From the human T2T-CHM13v2.0 reference genome, Homo sapiens, in assembly GCF_009914755.1 (NCBI RefSeq), contig NC_060939.1: 64,000 bases of DNA. One strand, given 5' to 3'. The translations under genes were made by a program, and so were the position numbers. Shown piece by piece: positions 20,280 through 39,958 of the stretch (position 1 is its first letter; each line of letters starts with the position of its first letter). The notes beneath the pieces were generated by a model. The model saw only the letters and a list, made by a program, of their open reading frames with translations, ran no database searches and was not told where the DNA came from.

Positions 20280-20690
20280 CAAACCTTGACGGACCTGAGG
20301 GCATTATGCTGAGTAAAGAAAATCATTTCCGAAGGTCACATATCACTTGGTAATCTCACAGTAACAAAATTATAGAGATGGAGAACAGATTAGTGGTTGT
20401 CAGGAGTTAGAGATGGTGGCAGAAGAGAGGCAGGAGAGACATCTTTGTAGTGATGAAACAGTTCTGCATAGGAAATTGTAGTAGTAGTTACATTTACAGA
20501 CCCTTGATAGAATGGCACAGAACTACGCACACACATTGTACCAACTTCAATTTCTGGGTTTTTATACTCTATTATAATTACATAAAATGTAACCACTGGG
20601 GCAGTATGCGCAAATACACAGTGACCTCTCTAGTTTCTTTACAACTTCCTGAGAGTCTATTATTATTTCAAAATAAAAAGTTTTTTAAAA
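20280..20690 (+). mobile_element. Old L1MC-type 3'-end fragment
   Basis: cattatgctgagt...tagagatggagaacagattagtggttg.caggagttagag...tttacaacttcct..gagtcta..attatttcaaaataaaag. Confidence 0.7.
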
Positions 20691-21109
20691 AATTGCTTCA
20701 TGCCTATCTAATTTCATGTGCCACTTAAAAAAGAACACAAAAATAGAAACTGTAGGAAATTCATCTGAGTGCAGCTTATGCAAGAAGGGGCAGGATAACT
20801 CCATTCTGGACTTATGCTCAAAGACATGCGCCTTTACCTTACAACAAAACTGGCGAACAGGCATGTGTTTTAAGAATAAAAAGCTTTTAAGGTATCATAT
20901 ATTGTTTTTTATAGTTCCTTTGCTTAACTGACGTTTTGGTTTGCTAAAAAACTACCAATCACATCAGATTACAAGTACTTTCACTGTAAAAATAAAAAGT
21001 GATGTGACTGACACCTCTTAGCTCTGTAACGTATTACTCTTTACGAGAGCAGTGAAGGAAAACATGGTGATTCAATCACTCCACACACCAAGCAGAAAAG
21101 TGTTGAACA

Positions 21110-21399
21110 GGCCGGGCGCGGTGGCTCACGCCTATAATCCCAGCACTTCCGGAGGCCGAGACGGGTGGATCACTTGAGGTCAGGAGTTCAAAACCAACCT
21201 GGCCCACATGGTGGAGCCCTGTCTCTACTAAAAGTACACAAAATTAGCCAGGCGTGGTGGTGGACACCCGTAGTCCCAGCTACTCGGGAGGCTGAGGCAG
21301 GAGAATGGCATGAACCCAGGAGGCTTGCAGTGAGCCAAGATGGCACCACTGCACTCCAGCCTGGGAGACAGAGTCAGACTCCATCTCAAAAAAAAAAAA
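21110..21399 (+). mobile_element. Alu
   Basis: Alu consensus. Confidence 0.95.
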
Positions 21400-22067
21400 G
21401 TATTGTACAATTAAACTGTTTATATGTAATAACCACATATATATGCCTGGCATAAAATGAGCCCTGCATTAGAGGTTGCTGGATGTAGGGCCCTAGGCCT
21501 GACGTATCCAAATAATGTCTATGATAAAGAAGTCAATAAGTGCTCTCTATAACACACAAGCATTATAAGTTTTCACACTCCAAAAACTCTTCCTTTCTAA
21601 AGTTACTAAAACTTTTAAGGGCATTTCAAACAAAAACAGCTGTGGAAAACAGATCGGTTAAATCCTATGGCTAAGAAACATCTTCCTATCCCATGTATTA
21701 TTCATTACCCAGGTGTCAATTCTGTTTCCAATACAAAAGTCTCAAGCAGTGAAGCGCTTCCCACTCCAGCTGGGAGAGCCATCCTCAACAAGATAAGGGT
21801 AAAACCTGTGAGCACAAGGCTTCCATCTGCAATTCCTGTCTGCAGGGAAGCTCCCCAAAGAGGGAAACCATGTCTTATTCCTTACGGTAAAACACCACCA
21901 TTCATTCCTTGTGTTTAACAACCAATGCTGGTGGAACATAAAACAAAGCTTAGCAATCACTTTTTTCATGCTACTTAGACCTGTAACACATTTTTCCTCT
22001 GGTGCACACTATCCAAAACCTAGTCATTTCCCTTACTCCTAGGAGGAATTTAGATGACTTTTTTTTT

Positions 22068-22377
<310 letters not shown>

Positions 22378-22846
22378 CTAATCATATTGGAAATGTGTAA
22401 CAAGGACCAAGTACTGTGTATTAAACTTAATAAATCAAAACAACAGGCCCTCTAAGATATAAATGGTGCTTCACTGTATGTTTATCTGCCCAACCCATCA
22501 TAGGAACTCAATTCAGCATTAAACTGGTTTTAGATCAAGACACTAGAACTCATGTTTAGCAGTTATTAAATTACAATTATTAAGAAAAACACTTTATTAC
22601 GTAAAGTCCTTTACTCCAAAAAGTTTCTCAAAATACATAAACACTAATATAAAACAATTATTAAAACTTTGCCTGAATCTCAGGATTTCAGAAATATGAA
22701 AGTACTCATCTCTCACCTCTCCCATCCACTTAAAATGACAAAACAGATCATTATAGCTAAATCAAAGGAAATGTTTAAAGAGAAACAAACCCAAAGAGTA
22801 ACTACACCAATTCTTGACCCAATTCTCTGTACTCTGTCTTATGTAA

Positions 22847-23277
<431 letters not shown>

Positions 23278-24125
23278 TAAGTATCCATGATCAACTACTG
23301 CTTAACAGCCTACACGACTTTTGATGAACAGTCAAGGCACATTACTTAATACTTAAAATGGTTAACCTTAGGGAGTAGGAAAATACAGACACACACAAAA
23401 TATTTCAAACACTTCTTTTTGCTGCTGATAAGGAGTTCCAAAAGTAGTTTTTCCAAGCCATTTCCAAATAAAAGTAGATTGGGTGTAAATAATTGTCTAT
23501 CGAAATATTAGTTATTATTTATTTAATAATGTCCTGACAAGCTTGCAGTTATCTCATTAAATCAAAAAATTAGGATCTAAGGCCAACATTGTTTCCTCAC
23601 ATTCTTGATGTGAAAATCTGAGCACTCCTCTTAATAAGGAGTTACAAAGACAAAACAAACAGCTCAACTGAACTAACTCTTGTCTCTCCAGAAACACAAA
23701 CACAAGACCTCATAAAATGAGTGAGTTTCTATAGGCCATAATTACTGCAACTTACTTCTCCAATTTTCCCCTCCACAGTTAACTCAACAGCTCAAAAACG
23801 ATCAGTAACAAACAACAGTCACCATGATATGGTTAGGAGTGTGGCAGATTTCTTAACCAGTAATAATAAATAGGAAAAAAATTTTGCCTATTAATAGATC
23901 TCAAGTTTCGTGCACTTGCAAGAAACTAATTAAAAGGCAGCCGCGCACGATCTACAAAAACAGCCATAAAGACTGTTACATTTTAAGTTACAGGAAATAA
24001 ACCTGCTCCTCTAATTCAGCAAGATACAACTGACTTCCCCTTACATACCCTAAAAAAAAGCCTTACACGAGAAATTTAAACATGGAAGCAGAAACACACC
24101 AAGAAAAAGACATGTCAAACCCCAC

Positions 24126-24197
24126 CTGTATATCTGTTTTCAACCATTTGGAGTCGAGGCGAGCCTGGGCAGCCAAACAGAAAGATTCAGAGGGCAT
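24126..24197 (-). CDS. HERC2: HERC2 first coding segment in exon 2 (exon 24126-24228; ATG at 24197-24195; MPSESFCLAAQARLDSKWLKTDIQ)
   Basis: Acceptor cttgcag|GCCTGAG at 24228, 31-nt UTR, ATG, donor CAG|gtggg at 24126. The peptide is visible in ORF 24063..24503. Confidence 0.93.
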
Positions 24198-24295
24198 CTT
24201 TTCTCCAGCTTCCTCCCAGGTCTCAGGCCTGCAAGTAAACACATACGCTGAAGACCTAACGCTTTTTAATAGTTTACAAAGACACTCCCGAAAGC

Positions 24296-24414
24296 CAGAA
24301 AAGAAAAAAGAGAGAGAGAACAGAAAGGGGGGAGAGAAGAGCTGGTGGAGGGGAGAGAAAGGGAGAGAGGGAAAGAGGGAAGAGATGGAGGGAGAGGGAG
24401 GTGGGGAAGGGAAA
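24296..24414. repeat. GA-rich polypurine/polypyrimidine tract in HERC2 intron 1
   Basis: Almost pure purine run on the + strand. Confidence 0.85.
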
Positions 24415-24599
24415 GCCTCCTTCCAAGGTAGGCAGGGTGTGCCGAGTTTCTGCACCACGCTGACGAGACCTTGAGAATGGACGGTCACAGGAAGCCAAGT
24501 CACAATGTCATCCCCCTGCCCTCAAATCCAAGAAGTACACACACATAACAGGGAGCCCATCGTTTTAACGACAAATGACAGCAGCATGAATCTGCCGCT

Positions 24600-25330
24600 T
24601 TACCCCACAGCAGGGCGCGTGCGTGAAACAAAAAATTACTCAAAAGGATCGCCTGCAGAAAAACCCACAGCCACCACCACTTAAGAGATGGAGAGAGGCC
24701 CGAGGCTGCCCCGCGGGTGGTCCGCGCAGGCCCCGGTGCGGCCGCCGCGCCCACGCCCGCCTCCCGGGCTCGGCCGCCCGCCAGCCCCGCGCCCGTACCG
24801 CCCCCGCCACCGGCCGCCCAGGTGCCCCAGGCCAGGACCTGACGCGCAGGGCCCGGCCGCCTCGCCTCGCCGGCGCGCGGACGCAGCCTCCCAAGAGCCG
24901 CTGGCTCAGCCGGCGCCCGCGATCCCGGCGCCTCTCGCGGCCCGAGGGGCGGGCCGACGCGGGACTGCCGCCCCCCGCGTACGGCCAATCGCAACGAGGC
25001 TGCTCCGTGGGCGCAGCCAATGGGGAAGAGGAGCCCTTCGCCGCTCCTCCCGACTCTCCCGCTTCCAGCAATCCCGCTTATCTTCCTACTTGGAGCGCCC
25101 TGGCTGCGGCCAAGGCCAACAGCGGGCGCCGGAAGGCGGGATTTCCGCCGCACGCACGCACTCCCGCACTCCCACGGGAGACTGCTTGGCCCGGAGCGCT
25201 CTTGATCACGCCGCGGCGGGTGGTGGCGCTCACACTAACTATAGCTATCCAGGGCGCGGGTCGAGTGGCGAGACCAGCTCCCCTGGGTATGAGAACGCAT
25301 CTTTGTGCGGTCGGCTGGCTGGGGCCTGAA
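24600..25330. promoter_or_regulatory. CpG-island promoter of HERC2
   Basis: Very high GC/CpG density. GC box GGGGCGGGCC 24946-24955, CCAAT at 24985-24989 and 25017-25021, ETS-like CCGGAAG 25129-25135, E2F-like GGCGGGA/TTTCCGCC ~25135-25149. No TATA box. Confidence 0.9.
24839..24943 (-). other. HERC2: HERC2 non-coding exon 1 (5' end approximate)
   Basis: Donor CGTCAG|gtcctg at 24839. Joining to exon 2 gives ...CTGCGCGTCAG/GCCTGAGACC..., matching the HERC2 5'UTR as recalled. The TSS cannot be determined from sequence. Confidence 0.7.
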
Positions 25331-25476
25331 GAGCTTCCTCCTGTGTGTTCAACTGAACGCAGCAAAAGTCTTGGGCAGATTCCATGGAGCAGCTGTGGAA
25401 GCACTGTGCAGGGAATCGAAGAAGGAAACACCTCCAGCGACCACAAAACAAAATTGAAGAACTATAAAACAATATA

Positions 25477-29810
<4,334 letters not shown>

Positions 29811-30944
29811 CTGATCTAGTTCAAAACCTCACTTTGAATCCACCCACATTGCTCTAAAATACTTTCATCTTTCCTGTGGCTAAAACCTTAAAGCCTTGCC
29901 AGTAACTCCCATTGCACTTAAGGAAATCCAATCTCCCTTGTTGTGGCCCCTGAACAGGCTGCTGCTGGCCCACCACGGTGCCTCTAGTTTGTGTAAAATG
30001 CATATGTTAATTTATAATATATGAGGCTTTTTTAGCTCTAAAAGGCTATTATTCACTAGTTGCTGTGTGAATCAGTATTTCTGGGTGCAGTTAGAAATTA
30101 TTAGAGTTGATGCCCAAGACTCATCTCCATCAGCACGGGGGAGGCATCTGCTCGTTTTATGGTCAGTGACTCTGGGCCTCCTGCTGGGCTAAGTCCTGAG
30201 GTGGGTCTGACTCAGGTCAGAGCTGTGCACCCCGGCCCTCCTCCTCAACGTGCATGAGTGCTCTTTAGGATGGAGCTGAACACTGGCTTCTCAAAACCAC
30301 TTGGCCCCATCACAGGCCCTGAGAACTGATTGGGTCACTCTGGTGGGCTCCCCAGCCCTAGCCAAGAAGGGTTTCTCTAGGGAGCCTGGCCCCCCACTTA
30401 TGAGACCTGGAGCCCCAAAGATCCTGACCAGGGGCCTGCCTCCTCCAGGGAGCGGCCACTCGCCCCCACCAAGCTCCCTTCACAGAGACCCATCCAACAG
30501 AGCTGAGGAAAACCATGCCTCATAAATGAATAAATACATAAATAAGAATGCCGGGGACCTGTGGATTTTGTAATTCCTGAAAGAAGGCAGAGTGGCTGGC
30601 TCACAGCAAGCGCAGTAGGAGATACTGCTCCCCGGCCAGGCTGTTCTCTGTCTCTTTGGAGGGAGCCCTAGGGTACAAGAAAAGCCAGAGGAGACCAGCT
30701 GGCCCAGAAGGTGCCTCTCCACCCCTTCCCCAGAGTTTCTGGGAAACAAAGCCCACCCGAGGGACACATGCCTTCTTGGGAGTTGTACCAGGCCTCCTTC
30801 CTCATCCAGCCATGCAGTGGTTTTCAGTGCCCGAAACAGATGAATAAAATAGGCCCTTTACGGGATGTTCTTCAGGAACATGCACACTTCTTTGGATCTT
30901 ACCATCGTTTTATCTCTATTTAAAGTTAAATGCTGTGTTATACA

Positions 30945-31450
30945 GAGTATTGGTAAAGATGTAGAGCTACAAGAACTGTCAAGCTGGCAGTAGCATAAAA
31001 TTGTATAAGCACATTGGAAACCTGTTTGGCAGCTTCTACTAAAGCTATATCTATGCCTACCTTCAGAAATTCCATCCTAAGCATGTACACAAGAGAAACG
31101 AGTGCATATGTCCACAAAAAGACTTATATAAGAATGTTCACTGCCATTTTTATTCATAAGAGCCCCAAATGAAAACAACCTAAATGTCCATCAACAGGAG
31201 AGTGAATAAATGGTGATACAGTCACATCATGGAATACTACACAGCCAAAAAAGAAAAATGAAGTGGTAGGAACACTCAACGACATGGGTGAATAGAGGGA
31301 GCCAGGTATGAGAGACAGTGCACAGTACCAGCCCACCTAGATGAAGCGCAGGAAGGCAGAACTGACGATGATTGAAGTCAGAAGGGTAGTTTCCTTTGTG
31401 GGAAAGTGTAGGTCAGGAAGGAGCCTTCTGGGGTACTACAAATCTGCCGT
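30945..31450 (+). mobile_element. Old L1M 3'-end fragment
   Basis: tggtaaagatgtagag...ttggaaacctgtttggcag...aaatgtccatcaacagg...tggaatactac motifs. Confidence 0.75.
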
Positions 31451-31729
31451 ATTTTGGCTGGGTGCAACAGCTCACACCAGCACTTCGGGAGGCATAGGCG
31501 AGAGGGTCACTTGAGCCCAGGAGTTAGAGACCAGCTTGGGCAACACAGCGAGATCCCATCTCTACAAAAAAATTAAAAATTAGCGTGGCATGCTGGTGTG
31601 CACCTGTAGTCTCAGCTACTCAGGAGGCTGAGGCAGGAGGATTGCTTGAGCTTAAGAGTTTGAGGTTGCAGTGAGCTCCCAAAGTGCTGGGATTACAGGT
31701 GTGAGACACTATACCAGCCTGATTTTTAA

Positions 31730-34620
<2,891 letters not shown>

Positions 34621-34986
34621 TGTGTGTGTTATATGTGTCTAACAATTCATTGTCTAGTTAGAGTTGCTATTATACCACTTCAAGTGGATGGAGAGCCTCA
34701 CTGCCATCCATTAATGTGCATTAATCATTTTGAGAGTGAAAAGATTTTTTAAAATGTTTTTACTTTTTTAGGTATGGCCAAGTGAGATGGGGCTAGTGAA
34801 ATGGGTGGGAGAATTGGAAGCTGATAGTGTGTGAGCTAGACACCCATGAATGCTTTTCCACTGGGCAGTTAGAGGGATGATAGGTAATAATATAAGGCAG
34901 CTCCATCACACAAGCTGGTGACTCCTGTGCGACAGACCAAGAGCTGCATTTGGAGATTCATTTCCGATTGTTGCGTTTCCTCTTAG

Positions 34987-35187
34987 AGCATTGCTTGGTC
35001 ATCGTGTTCTGAGTGGTCCATTGGCCTCCATGTCCCTTTTGGGGTGGATATTTGCTCAGTGACTTTTGAGCAGCTGGATCTCCTGCTTCGGCAGGTGAGT
35101 GAGGGGATGGATGGCTCCGCGGACTGGCCCCCGCCCCAGGAGAAAGAGTGCGTGGCCGTGGCAACGTTGAATCTTCCCCGACTTCAG
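34987..35187 (+). pseudogene. HERC2-like exon A (201 nt; SIAWSSCSEWSIGLHVPFGVDICSVTFEQLDLLLRQ...LNLPRLQ)
   Basis: ttag|AGC ... CAG|gtattc; ORF 35044..35262. Confidence 0.9.
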
Positions 35188-35577
35188 GTATTCGTGATTT
35201 CCCTTCCTCTTGCTCCTTTTATAAGTGTCTTAGCGATTTGTAAGAAGGTTTATGTATTCTGAAGGACATAGGTTTTAGCCTGTTGGGGGAAGTATTTTAA
35301 AGTAAGATTGTAATGCACTAATAATGGACGCAAGGCTTAAAAAACTTGATCTGTTTATTTTATGTTTGTCCTGGAAGTCAGCCTCGGCATGCAGGAAGAG
35401 TGTATATGGATTGTGTTATTTTTGCTATAATCATTAGTTTGTTGGTATTCTTACTGTTTTACTGTTGGTGCGTGTGGAGAAATGACTGGGTGAGATCACA
35501 GGTGATGGAGAGAGACAGAGCTCAGCTGAGAGACCAGTGCTGGCCTGTCTCTCCTCTGTCCTGTGAAAACCCTGCTC

Positions 35578-35785
35578 CAGGAGGGTCCAGTCTTTTGGTT
35601 TCCCTGGGCCACACTGGAAGAAGAATTGTCTTGGGCTACACATAAAATACACTTATGATAGCTGATGAGCTTAAAAAAAAAATCCCAAAAATATCTCATG
35701 ATGTTTTAAGAAATTTTACTTTGGGCCACATTCAAAGCTGCCCTGGGCCACATGCTGCCCTCGGGCCGTGGGTTGAACAAGCTTG
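35578..35785. mobile_element. MER30-type DNA transposon
   Basis: cttttggtttccctgggccacactggaagaagaattgtcttgggc.acacataaaatac...ggccgtgggttg.acaagcttg. Confidence 0.85.
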
Positions 35786-37372
35786 ATCTACTCAGTAAGC
35801 TCGGCTCCCAAAGCAATACCTTCCTTTCCTCACCATGAAGGCTGTGGTTAGGGTCACAATAAAAGCTACAAAAGCCTTCCTCCCTAGCAAAACTAAAGCT
35901 GAAGTGTTTGATCATCATCTTTTGTCTTTGTAATAAAACCCTCTAACTTAATGACAAGAACCACGGTTTTCTCGACATAGTAATTTTTCCCTTTTATTAC
36001 AGTGGTTTCTTGTAACAACCCGTCATGTCCCTCTTCCAGCCCCTCCCCTTTTTGCCCTGCTTCTAGAATGTACAGAACTGAGTGTAGTGTTTAGTTGCAG
36101 TAATGAACTGAGCAGAGGTCTGGAGCATGCTTCTCCTCTAGTCCTCTGTAGCACTCATTTATCACCATACCTGTGGCATCCTGGCGTTTGCGTGGTTGCG
36201 CCCCAGGTGTTTGCTGCCCCTCCTGGTTTGCGGTGATGTGTCTGTTCTGGTCAGTGCTGTGGGGCGTGGCCTTGCGTATGTCTTAGGCTGTCGAGGTGTC
36301 CCAGCGTATGGTTTTGCATTTGCCTCTCCGGGGTCCTGAGGGTTCTGTAGGTTTCACAGACTCCAGGTGAGTTTCGGTGGTCATTTCCTGACCTGTGATA
36401 TCTATACCTAGATGAGTGGTGTGCTTTTGATTTCACTTCTACTCACAGGGCAAGGCCGGGTCTCTGATTTCTCATGGGGCCTCTTGCTACCCAGAGCCTG
36501 GGACGGGCAGTGTGTTGCCCCCTGGCTGCGGTTGGCTGGCAGGCAGGTGATCCTGAGTGGCTCCCAGCCTTCTGCAGGAAGCTCGGGTTCAGTGGGTCCT
36601 TGTGTGCATTCCCGTGTGGGAGGTTGTGCTGAAGCCTGGCGGCTTGGCTCTGCTTTCAGAGCCCGGAACCTCTTGACTCCTGCTGTGTGTGCCCATGTGA
36701 ATTTTGGTTTTGCACTTGAGGAGTTTCCCTGTGTACTCTCAGCTCCGCAGTCTAATTTTTAGCAGCTCTTTTTTTTTTTTAGACAGGGTGTCACTTTGTC
36801 ACCCAGGCTGGAATGCAGTGGTACAGTCTTGGCCTGCCAGGTTCCAGTGATTCTCCTGCCTCAGCCTCCCAAGTAGCTGGGACTACAGGTGTGTACCATC
36901 ACACCCGGCTGATTTTTTTATAGAGATGGGGTTTCATCATGTTGGCCAGGCTGATCTTGAACTCCTGATCTCAAGTGAGCTTTCCCGTCGGCCTCCCAAA
37001 GTGCTGGGATGACAGGCATGAGCCACCGCCTGTGGCAGCTTTTGTGGTTACATTGTAGCCATTATTTCTGTGTTTGGTGCAGATTGTTGGGGCGGGGTGG
37101 AGGTTGCTGTTGCTAGTTGTTTAGCTCTTCTGCTCATCTTGAGCTTTTCCATATATATGTTCATAGCGGGGTTAAAAAAAATTCCTCTAGAAAATATTTC
37201 AACTATTGTGGGTAAGAGTTTTTTTAGTCCAGTTTTTAAAAATACGTAAACTGAGAAGTTATTTTGTCTATTTAAATAATACTTCAAATTGACTTTTATT
37301 CAGTGTTTAATAAGACTTTGAAATTCACTCATTTTTAGGGGTTCTAAGTGAAAATTGTTTTTCTCCTTTCAG

Positions 37373-37599
37373 TTGCATGCTGCCATTAGTCACCAGGTTG
37401 ACCTGGAATTCCTTGGTTTAGGTCTGGGCAGCGTCTTCCTGAACAGCCTGAAGCAGAAGGTGGTGACCCTGGCAAGCAGCGCAGACGTGCTGAGCACCGT
37501 GCAGTCGGCCTCCCAGGCCATGCTGCAGAGCGGCTGGTCCATGCTGTTGCCCACCGCTGAGAAGCAGGCCCGGGCACTCTGCTCTCCTGTCCTGTGGAG
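37373..37599 (+). pseudogene. HERC2-like exon B (227 nt; LHAAISHQVD...ARAL then frameshift)
   Basis: tttcag|TTG ... GAG|gtggg; 2 nt shorter than needed to keep the HERC2 frame. Confidence 0.9.
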
Positions 37600-37691
37600 G
37601 TGGGCTCGGGGAAGGAACAGGAGAGGGCATGGGTCAGGGTGCTGGGAGGGGATGGCGTTTCACTCAAATTGGCACAGACTTTCTATTTCAG

Positions 37692-37816
37692 TTTCAGGCA
37701 ATGAAGTGAACATAAGTCCAGGTCATCGATTGGTGATTGATCTTCTGGTGGGCAGCTTGATGGCTGATGGAGGGTTGGAGTCAGCCTTACACGCAGCCAT
37801 TACTGCAGAGATCCAG
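37692..37816 (+). pseudogene. HERC2-like exon C (125 nt; SGNEVNISPG...AITAEIQ)
   Basis: tttcag|TT ... CAG|gtatgg. Confidence 0.9.
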
Positions 37817-39182
37817 GTATGGCCTTGGAGGCACACGTGACCTGGTGGTGGGCTGAGATCGGAAATACCACACTCACACATGTGAAGAATAACTGAAAAC
37901 AGTAAAACACTAAACTTATATCCAAGTATTTTTTTAAATTAAAATTCTTTTATGTGCTAATTTTAAAAATTATTGAGATGATTTGTGATAAAATACTGCA
38001 TGTTGTCTGTTTCAGTGAAGTTAACAGGTAACCTGTTCCTCATGTAGACCATTCCCGTCACCCGGAAAGATCCCTGTGCTCCTTGGCACTTGCAGCCAGG
38101 ATACTCCCCTGCCCTGAGATTAGATTCATTTTTCCTGCTCTGAGTGTCGCAGCAATATAACTGTATAGTATGCACTCTTTCCTGCTTTGCCTTGGAGAAT
38201 GATTTTCAGATTCACTCACTGTTGTGTGTATTGCGACTTCGTTTTTATTATTGGGAAGTTTTCCATTTTATAGGTGTAGTACTGTTTGTTAGTTCATTCT
38301 CCTATTGAAGGACATGTAATTGTTTTTGGTTTTTGTTTTCTTTTTTTTTTTTTTTTTTTGAGACAGGGTCTTGCTCTGTCACCCAGGCTGTATACAGTGA
38401 CCTGAGGTTGGCTCACTGCAGCCTTGTCCTCCTAGGCTCAAATGATCCTCCCACCTCAGCCTCCTGTGTTGCAGGGACCACATACATGTCACCATGCCCG
38501 GCTAGTTTTTTGATTTTTTTGTAGAGACAAGGTTTCACTGTGTTGCAAGGCTGGTCTTCAACTCCTGGGCTCCAGTGATCCCCCCACCTTGGCCTCCCAA
38601 AGTGTTGGGATTACAAGCGTGAGCCACCGCGCCCAGGCTTTCTGGTTTTTGGCCGTGTAGAGCTGCCACAATTGTGCTGTGAACAAGTACTTTAGTGAAC
38701 ATATGTTCTCCCTTTGGATAAACACTTGGAGTGGAATTTGTTAGGTCCTGGGGTAAGTGTGTGTTCATAGTTTCCCAAAGTGGCTTTGCCATTTGCATTT
38801 GAACCAGGACTTTTGTGTGTGAGAATTCTAGCTCCTTCTTGTCCTTACAGAGCAGCTGGATGCTGCGTGTGTGGAGCCGATCACATTGGGTTTTGTGTGA
38901 GCCATTAGCAGGGTTAAGGATTTTAGGGACTTCACAGAAGGAGGCTGGAGAGCATCAGCAGAGGCAGCCTGGACCTTGGATCTGTAAAAAGAAGACACTG
39001 TTTGAAACTGCACAAATGAGTTGGGGTTTCCAACAGGGCAGGTGGGGGGCCTGTGGGTGGATGGGTGTGGCAGCCACAGAGGCTGGGATAGCTTGGCACT
39101 GGGGTCAGGGCTCAGCCAGCCTGTGTGCCTTCACACCTGGTAATGAGATCACTTGTAAACAATTTCTGTTTGTCAATTACAG

Positions 39183-39355
39183 GATACAAAAAAAGAAGCA
39201 CGGAAGGAAAAAGAAATTTATGAACAGGAGGCAAATGCCTCAACATTTCATAGAAGGAGGACTCCATTGGATAAAGACCTTATTAATACGGGGATCTGTG
39301 AGTCTTCTGGCAAACAGTGTTTGCCTCTGGTTCAGCTCATACAACAGCTTCTTAG
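39183..39355 (+). pseudogene. HERC2-like exon D (173 nt; DTKKEARKEKEIYEQEANASTFHRRRTPLDKDLINTGICESSGKQCLPLVQLIQQLL)
   Basis: ttacag|GAT ... TAG|gtaaa; in-frame 6-nt deletion versus HERC2 DIEAKKEA. Confidence 0.9.
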
Positions 39356-39412
39356 GTAAATCATATTAGCTGTATTGTATTGTGTTTTATTTATTTACTT
39401 TTTTTTTTTTGA

Positions 39413-39565
<153 letters not shown>

Positions 39566-39577
39566 TAGTTTTATTAG

Positions 39578-39958
<381 letters not shown>

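Larger units (their letters stand above)
34987..39355 (+). pseudogene. Partial, unprocessed HERC2 duplicate (four internal exons, about HERC2 exons 17-20), inverted relative to HERC2
   Basis: Exons 34987-35187, 37373-37599, 37692-37816 and 39183-39355, all AG/GT-bounded, encode diverged HERC2 ~aa 773-1017. There is a 2-nt deletion near 37580. No flanking HERC2 exons were found. Confidence 0.92.

Noticed and set aside
30300-30920. Non-repeat GC-moderate island with short ORFs, an acceptor-like site (~30485) and AATAAA (~30529)
   Set aside because: No recognisable homology, and such motifs are common by chance; insufficient support for an exon or gene.
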